NCBI GenBank assembly: GCA_965644495.1
Contig: CBFFSA010000011.1
Location: forward strand, 496,001-560,000
Source of the DNA: Perkinsela sp. CCAP 1560/9
Lineage: Eukaryota; Protista; Euglenozoa: Kinetoplastea
Direction: 5' to 3'
Length of the DNA: 64,000 nt
Of this stretch, positions 56,901 through 64,000 are shown piece by piece (the first letter of the stretch is position 1; every line of letters begins with the position of its first letter). The notes below the pieces were generated by a model that saw only the letters and a list, made by a program, of their open reading frames with translations, searched no databases and had not been told where the DNA came from. The translations under genes were made by a program, and so were the position numbers.

Positions 56901-59900
56901 AGGTCTTCAAAAAAACAAAGGTCTTCAAAAAGTCAAAAGGTCTTCAAAAAAAAAGGTCTTCAAAAAAACAAAGGTCTTCAAAAAAACAAAGGTCTTCAAA
57001 AAAACAAAGGTCTTCAAAAAAACAAAGGTCTTCAAAAAAAACAAAGGTCATCAAAAAAACATAGGTCTTCAAAAAAACAAAGGTCTTCAAAAAAAAAAAG
57101 GTCTTCAAAAAAACAAAGGTCTTCAAAAACAAAGGTCTTCAAAAAAACAAAGGTCTTCAAAAAAACAAAGGTCTTCAAAAAAACAAAGGTCTTCAAAAAC
57201 AAAGGTCTTCAAAAAAACAAAGGTCTTCAAAAAAACAAAGGTCTTCAAAAAAACAAAGGTCTTCAAAAAAACAAAGGTCTTCAAAAAAAACAAAGGTCTT
57301 CAAAAACAAAGGTCTTCAAAAAAACAAAGGTCTTCAAAAAAACAAAGGTCTTCAAAAAAAGAAAGGTCTTCAAAAAAAACAACGGTCTTCAAAAACAAAG
57401 GTCTTCAAAAAAACAAAGGTCTTCAAAAAGTCAAAATGTCTTCAAAAAAAAAGGTCTTCAAAAAAACAAAGGTCTTCAAAAAAACAAAGGTCTTCGAAAA
57501 AACAAAGGTCTTCAAAAAAACAAAGGTCTTCAAAAAAACAAAGGTCTTCAAAAAAACAAAGGTCTTCAAAAAAACAAAGGTCTTCAAAAAAACATAGGTC
57601 TTCAAAAAAACAAAGGTCTTCAAAAAAACAAAGGTCTTCAAAAACAAAGGTCTTCAAAAAAACAAAGGTCTTCAAAAAAACAAAGGTCTTCAAAAAAAGA
57701 AAGGTCTTCAAAAAAAACAAAGGTCTTCAAAAACAAAGGTCTTCAAAAAAACAAAGGTCTTCAAAAAGTCAAAAGGTCTTCAAAAAAAAAGGTCTTCAAA
57801 AAAACAAAGGTCTTCAAAAAGTCAAAAGGTCTTCAAAAAAAAAGGTCTTCAAAAAAACAAAGGTCTTCAAAAAAACAAAAGGTCTTCAAAAAAAGAAAGG
57901 TCTTCAAAAAAACAAAGGTCTTTAAAAAAAAATAAGGTCTTCGAAAAAACAAAGGTCTTCAAAAAAACAAAGGTCTTCAAAAAAACAAAGGTCTTCAAAA
58001 AAAACAAAGGTCATCAAAAAAACATAGGTCTTCAAAAAAACAAAGGTCTTCAAAAAAAAAAAGGTCTTCAAAAAAACAAAGGTCTTCAAAAAAACAAAGG
58101 TCTTCAAAAAAAACAAAGGTCATCAAAAAAACATAGGTCTTCAAAAAAACAAAGGTCTTCAAAAAAAAAAAGGTCTTCAAAAAAACAAAGGTCTTCAAAA
58201 AAACAAAGGTCTTCAAAAACAAAGGTCTTCAAAAAAACAAAGGTCTTCAAAAAAACAAAGGTCTTCAAAAAAACAAAGGTCTTCAAAAAAACAAAGGTCT
58301 TCAAAAAAAACAAAGGTCTTCAAAAACAAAGGTCTTCAAAAAAACAAAGGTCTTCAAAAAAACAAAGGTCTTCAAAAAAAGAAAGGTCTTCAAAAAAAAC
58401 AACGGTCTTCAAAAACAAAGGTCTTCAAAAAAACAAAGGTCTTCAAAAAGTCAAAAGGTCTTCAAAAAAAAAGGTCTTCAAAAAAACAAAGGTCTTCAAA
58501 AAAACAAAGGTCTTCGAAAAAACAAAGGTCTTCAAAAAAACAAAGGTCTTCAAAAAAACAAAGGTCTTCAAAAAAAAAAAGGTCTTCAAAAAAACAAAGG
58601 TCTTCAAAAAAACAAAGGTCTTCAAAAACAAAGGTCTTCAAAAAAACAAAGGTCTTCAAAAAAACAAAGGTCTTCAAAAAAAAAAGGTCTTCAAAAAAAC
58701 AAAGGTCTTCAAAAAAAACAAAGGTCTTCAAAAACAAAGGTCTTCAAAAAAACAAAGGTCTTCAAAAAAACAAAGGTCTTCAAAAAAAGAAAGGTCTTCA
58801 AAAAAAACAACGGTCTTCAAAAACAAAGGTCTTCAAAAAAACAAAGGTCTTCAAAAAGTCAAAAGGTCTTCAAAAAAAAAGGTCTTCAAAAAAACAAAGG
58901 TCTTCAAAAAAACAAAGGTCTTCAAAAAAACAAAGGTCTTCAAAAAAACAAAGGTCTTCAAAAAAAACAAAGGTCATCAAAAAAACATAGGTCTTCAAAA
59001 AAACAAAGGTCTTCAAAAAAAAAAAGGTCTTCAAAAAAACAAAGGTCTTCAAAAACAAAGGTCTTCAAAAAAACAAAGGTCTTCAAAAAAACAAAGGTCT
59101 TCAAAAAAACAAAGGTCTTCAAAAACAAAGGTCTTCAAAAAAACAAAGGTCTTCAAAAAAACAAAGGTCTTCAAAAAAACAAAGGTCTTCAAAAAAACAA
59201 AGGTCTTCAAAAAAAACAAAGGTCTTCAAAAACAAAGGTCTTCAAAAAAACAAAGGTCTTCAAAAAAACAAAGGTCTTCAAAAAAAGAAAGGTCTTCAAA
59301 AAAAACAACGGTCTTCAAAAACAAAGGTCTTCAAAAAAACAAAGGTCTTCAAAAAGTCAAAATGTCTTCAAAAAAAAAGGTCTTCAAAAAAACAAAGGTC
59401 TTCAAAAAAACAAAGGTCTTCGAAAAAACAAAGGTCTTCAAAAAAACAAAGGTCTTCAAAAAAACAAAGGTCTTCAAAAAAACAAAGGTCTTCAAAAAAA
59501 CAAAGGTCTTCAAAAAAACATAGGTCTTCAAAAAAACAAAGGTCTTCAAAAAAACAAAGGTCTTCAAAAACAAAGGTCTTCAAAAAAACAAAGGTCTTCA
59601 AAAAAACAAAGGTCTTCAAAAAAAGAAAGGTCTTCAAAAAAAACAAAGGTCTTCAAAAACAAAGGTCTTCAAAAAAACAAAGGTCTTCAAAAAGTCAAAA
59701 GGTCTTCAAAAAAAAAGGTCTTCAAAAAAACAAAGGTCTTCAAAAAGTCAAAAGGTCTTCAAAAAAAAAGGTCTTCAAAAAAACAAAGGTCTTCAAAAAA
59801 ACAAAAGGTCTTCAAAAAAAGAAAGGTCTTCAAAAAAACAAAGGTCTTTAAAAAAAAATAAGGTCTTCGAAAAAACAAAGGTCTTCAAAAAAACAAAGGT

Positions 59901-62900
59901 CTTCAAAAAAACAAAGGTCTTCAAAAAAAACAAAGGTCATCAAAAAAACATAGGTCTTCAAAAAAACAAAGGTCTTCAAAAAAAAAAAGGTCTTCAAAAA
60001 AACAAAGGTCTTCAAAAAAACAAAGGTCTTCAAAAACAAAGGTCTTCAAAAAAACAAAGGTCTTCAAAAAAACAAAGGTCTTCAAAAAAACAAAGGTCTT
60101 CAAAAAAACAAAGGTCTTCAAAAAAAACAAAGGTCTTCAAAAACAAAGGTCTTCAAAAAAACAAAGGTCTTCAAAAAAACAAAGGTCTTCAAAAAAAGAA
60201 AGGTCTTCAAAAAAAACAACGGTCTTCAAAAACAAAGGTCTTCAAAAAAACAAAGGTCTTCAAAAAGTCAAAAGGTCTTCAAAAAAAAAGGTCTTCAAAA
60301 AAACAAAGGTCTTCAAAAAAACAAAGGTCTTCGAAAAAACAAAGGTCTTCAAAAAAACAAAGGTCTTCAAAAAAACAAAGGTCTTCAAAAAAACAAAGGT
60401 CTTCAAAAAAACAAAGGTCTTCAAAAAAACATAGGTCTTCAAAAAAACAAAGGTCTTCAAAAAAACAAAGGTCTTCAAAAAAACAAAGGTCTTCAAAAAA
60501 ACAAAGGTCTTCAAAAACAAAGGTCTTCAAAAAAACAAAGGTCTTCAAAAAAACAAAGGTCTTCAAAAAAAGAAAGGTCTTCAAAAAAAACAAAGGTCTT
60601 CAAAAACAAAGGTCTTCAAAAAAACAAAGGTCTTCAAAAAGTCAAAAGGTCTTCAAAAAAAAAGGTCTTCAAAAAAACAAAGGTCTTCAAAAAAACAAAG
60701 GTCTTCAAAAAAACAAAAGGTCTTCAAAAAAAGAATGGTCTTCAAAAAAACAAAGGTCTTCAAAAAAACAAAGGTCTTCAAAAAAACAAAGGTCTTCAAA
60801 AAAACAAAGGTCTTCAAAAAAACAAAGGTCTTCAAAAAAACAAAGGTCTTCAAAAAAACATAGGTCTTCAAAAAAACAAAGGTCTTCAAAAAAACAAAGG
60901 TCTTCGAAAAAACAAAGGTCTTCAAAAAAACAAAGGTCTTCAAAAAAACAAAGGTCTTCAAAAAAACAAAGGTCTTCAAAAAAACAAAGGTCTTCAAAAA
61001 AACATAGGTCTTCAAAAAAACATAGGTCTTCAAAAAAACAAAGGTCTTCAAAAAAACAAAGGTCTTCAAAAAAACAAAGGTCTTCAAAAAAAAAAAGGTC
61101 TTCAAAAAAACAAAGGTCTTCAAAAAAACAAAGGTCTTCAAAAACAAAGGTCTTCAAAAAAACAAAGGTCTTCAAAAAAACAAAGGTCTTCAAAAAAAAA
61201 AAGGTCTTCAAAAAAACAAAGGTCTTCAAAAAAAACAAAGGTCTTCAAAAACAAAGGTCTTCAAAAAAACAAAGGTCTTCAAAAAAACAAAGGTCTTCAA
61301 AAAAAGAAAGGTCTTCAAAAAAAACAACGGTCTTCAAAAACAAAGGTCTTCAAAAAAACAAAGGTCTTCAAAAAGTCAAAAGGTCTTCAAAAAAAAAGGT
61401 CTTCAAAAAAACAAAGGTCTTCAAAAAAACAAAGGTCTTCGAAAAAACAAAGGTCTTCAAAAAAAGATAGGTCTTCAAAAAAACAAAGGTCTTCAAAAAA
61501 ACAAAGGTCTTCAAAAAAACAAAGGTCTTCAAAAAAACAAAGGTCTTCAAAAAAAACAAAAGTCTTCAAAAACAAAGGTCTTCAAAAAAACAAAGGTCTT
61601 CAAAAAGTCAAAAGGTCTTCAAAAAAAAAGGTCTTCAAAAAAACAAAGGTCTTCAAAAAAACAAAGGTCTTCAAAAAAACAAAAGGTCTTCAAAAAAAGA
61701 ATGGTCTTCAAAAAAACAAAGGTCTTCAAAAAAACAAAGGTCTTCAAAAAAACAAAGGTCTTCAAAAAAACAAAGGTCTTCAAAAAAACAAAGGTCTTCA
61801 AAAAAACAAAGGTCTTCAAAAAAACAAAGGTCTTCAAAAAAACAAAGGTCTTCAAAAAAACAAAGGTCTTCAAAAAAACAAAAGGTCTTCAAAAAAAGAA
61901 TGGTCTTCAAAAAAACAAAGGTCTTCAAAAAAACAAAGGTCTTCAAAAAAACAAAGGTCTTCAAAAAAACAAAGGTCTTCAAAAACAAAGGTCTTCAAAA
62001 AAACAAAGGTCTTCAAAAAAACAAAGGTCTTCAAAAAAAGAAAGGTCTTCAAAAAAAACAACGGTCTTCAAAAACAAAGGTCTTCAAAAAAACAAAGGTC
62101 TTCAAAAAGTCAAAAGGTCTTCAAAAAAAAAGGTCTTCAAAAAAACAAAGGTCTTCAAAAAAACAAAGGTCTTCGAAAAAACAAAGGTCTTCAAAAAAAC
62201 AAAGGTCTTCAAAAAAACAAAGGTCTTCAAAAAAAAAAAGGTCTTCAAAAAAACAAAGGTCTTCAAAAAAACAAAGGTCTTCAAAAACAAAGGTCTTCAA
62301 AAAAACAAAGGTCTTCAAAAAAACAAAGGTCTTCAAAAAAAAAAAGGTCTTCAAAAAAACAAAGGTCTTCAAAAAAAACAAAGGTCTTCAAAAACAAAGG
62401 TCTTCAAAAAAACAAAGGTCTTCAAAAAAACAAAGGTCTTCAAAAAAAGAAAGGTCTTCAAAAAAAACAACGGTCTTCAAAAACAAAGGTCTTCAAAAAA
62501 ACAAAGGTCTTCAAAAAGTCAAAAGGTCTTCAAAAAAAAAGGTCTTCAAAAAAACAAAGGTCTTCAAAAAAACAAAGGTCTTCAAAAAAACAAAGGTCTT
62601 CAAAAAAACAAAGGTCTTCAAAAAAAACAAAGGTCATCAAAAAAACATAGGTCTTCAAAAAAACAAAGGTCTTCAAAAAAAAAAAGGTCTTCAAAAAAAC
62701 AAAGGTCTTCAAAAACAAAGGTCTTCAAAAAAACAAAGGTCTTCAAAAAAACAAAGGTCTTCAAAAAAACAAAGGTCTTCAAAAACAAAGGTCTTCAAAA
62801 AAACAAAGGTCTTCAAAAAAACAAAGGTCTTCAAAAAAACAAAGGTCTTCAAAAAAACAAAGGTCTTCAAAAAAAACAAAGGTCTTCAAAAACAAAGGTC

Positions 62901-64000
62901 TTCAAAAAAACAAAGGTCTTCAAAAAAACAAAGGTCTTCAAAAAAAGAAAGGTCTTCAAAAAAAACAACGGTCTTCAAAAACAAAGGTCTTCAAAAAAAC
63001 AAAGGTCTTCAAAAAGTCAAAATGTCTTCAAAAAAAAAGGTCTTCAAAAAAACAAAGGTCTTCAAAAAAACAAAGGTCTTCGAAAAAACAAAGGTCTTCA
63101 AAAAAACAAAGGTCTTCAAAAAAACAAAGGTCTTCAAAAAAACAAAGGTCTTCAAAAAAACAAAGGTCTTCAAAAAAACATAGGTCTTCAAAAAAACAAA
63201 GGTCTTCAAAAAAACAAAGGTCTTCAAAAACAAAGGTCTTCAAAAAAACAAAGGTCTTCAAAAAAACAAAGGTCTTCAAAAAAAGAAAGGTCTTCAAAAA
63301 AAACAAAGGTCTTCAAAAACAAAGGTCTTCAAAAAAACAAAGGTCTTCAAAAAGTCAAAAGGTCTTCAAAAAAAAAGGTCTTCAAAAAAACAAAGGTCTT
63401 CAAAAAGTCAAAAGGTCTTCAAAAAAAAAGGTCTTCAAAAAAACAAAGGTCTTCAAAAAAACAAAAGGTCTTCAAAAAAAGAAAGGTCTTCAAAAAAACA
63501 AAGGTCTTTAAAAAAAAATAAGGTCTTCGAAAAAACAAAGGTCTTCAAAAAAACAAAGGTCTTCAAAAAAACAAAGGTCTTCAAAAAAAACAAAGGTCAT
63601 CAAAAAAACATAGGTCTTCAAAAAAACAAAGGTCTTCAAAAAAAAAAAGGTCTTCAAAAAAACAAAGGTCTTCAAAAAAACAAAGGTCTTCAAAAACAAA
63701 GGTCTTCAAAAAAACAAAGGTCTTCAAAAAAACAAAGGTCTTCAAAAAAACAAAGGTCTTCAAAAAAACAAAGGTCTTCAAAAAAAACAAAGGTCTTCAA
63801 AAACAAAGGTCTTCAAAAAAACAAAGGTCTTCAAAAAAACAAAGGTCTTCAAAAAAAGAAAGGTCTTCAAAAAAAACAACGGTCTTCAAAAACAAAGGTC
63901 TTCAAAAAAACAAAGGTCTTCAAAAAGTCAAAAGGTCTTCAAAAAAAAAGGTCTTCAAAAAAACAAAGGTCTTCAAAAAAACAAAGGTCTTCGAAAAAAC
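53956..64000. repeat. Satellite array, 18-bp unit GGTCTTCAAAAAAACAAA, >10 kb, extending past the window end
   Basis: Roughly 560 units (length divided by 18), with 16- and 19-bp variants and marker variants that define ~1.8-1.9 kb higher-order repeats. Confidence 0.98.

Noticed and set aside
53914-63790. Long K/F-rich ORFs (KKTKVF, FFEDLC repeats)
   Set aside because: They are translations of a stop-poor 18-bp satellite in several frames, not genes.

Overview
Eukaryotic nuclear DNA from a kinetoplastid-like euglenozoan. The 18S signatures, the intronless co-oriented genes, a CGM1-type bifunctional capping enzyme and an expanded LRR family suggest a Perkinsela/Prokinetoplastina-like organism (inference). 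In order, the window holds: a degenerate TATE/VIPER-like tyrosine-recombinase retrotransposon on the minus strand (1-2020); a + strand gene run starting with an AIR9-like gene and YKT6; one complete, compact rDNA unit (18S-5.8S-LSU, 14796-~21070) bracketed by two copies of a '27-bp array + 1 kb' module and followed by duplicated LSU 3' ends; a palindromic 41-bp array with foldback structure; NOP53 and CGM1; a nested transposon cluster (hairpin-bounded element, Tc1/mariner with DD32E spacing, TATE RT/RNase H fragment); bL28m, LRR genes, TTI1 and cyclin L; an RTE-like non-LTR retrotransposon with RNase H; and more than 10 kb of an 18-bp A-rich satellite with ~1.8-1.9 kb higher-order periodicity running off the window end. 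The most notable observations are a UGA-CUAG/AUGA recoding-like junction in the YR element, an LSU with no large internal spacers but tandemly duplicated 3' ends, C-then-G skew switches inside genes, and the RT-to-satellite junction.
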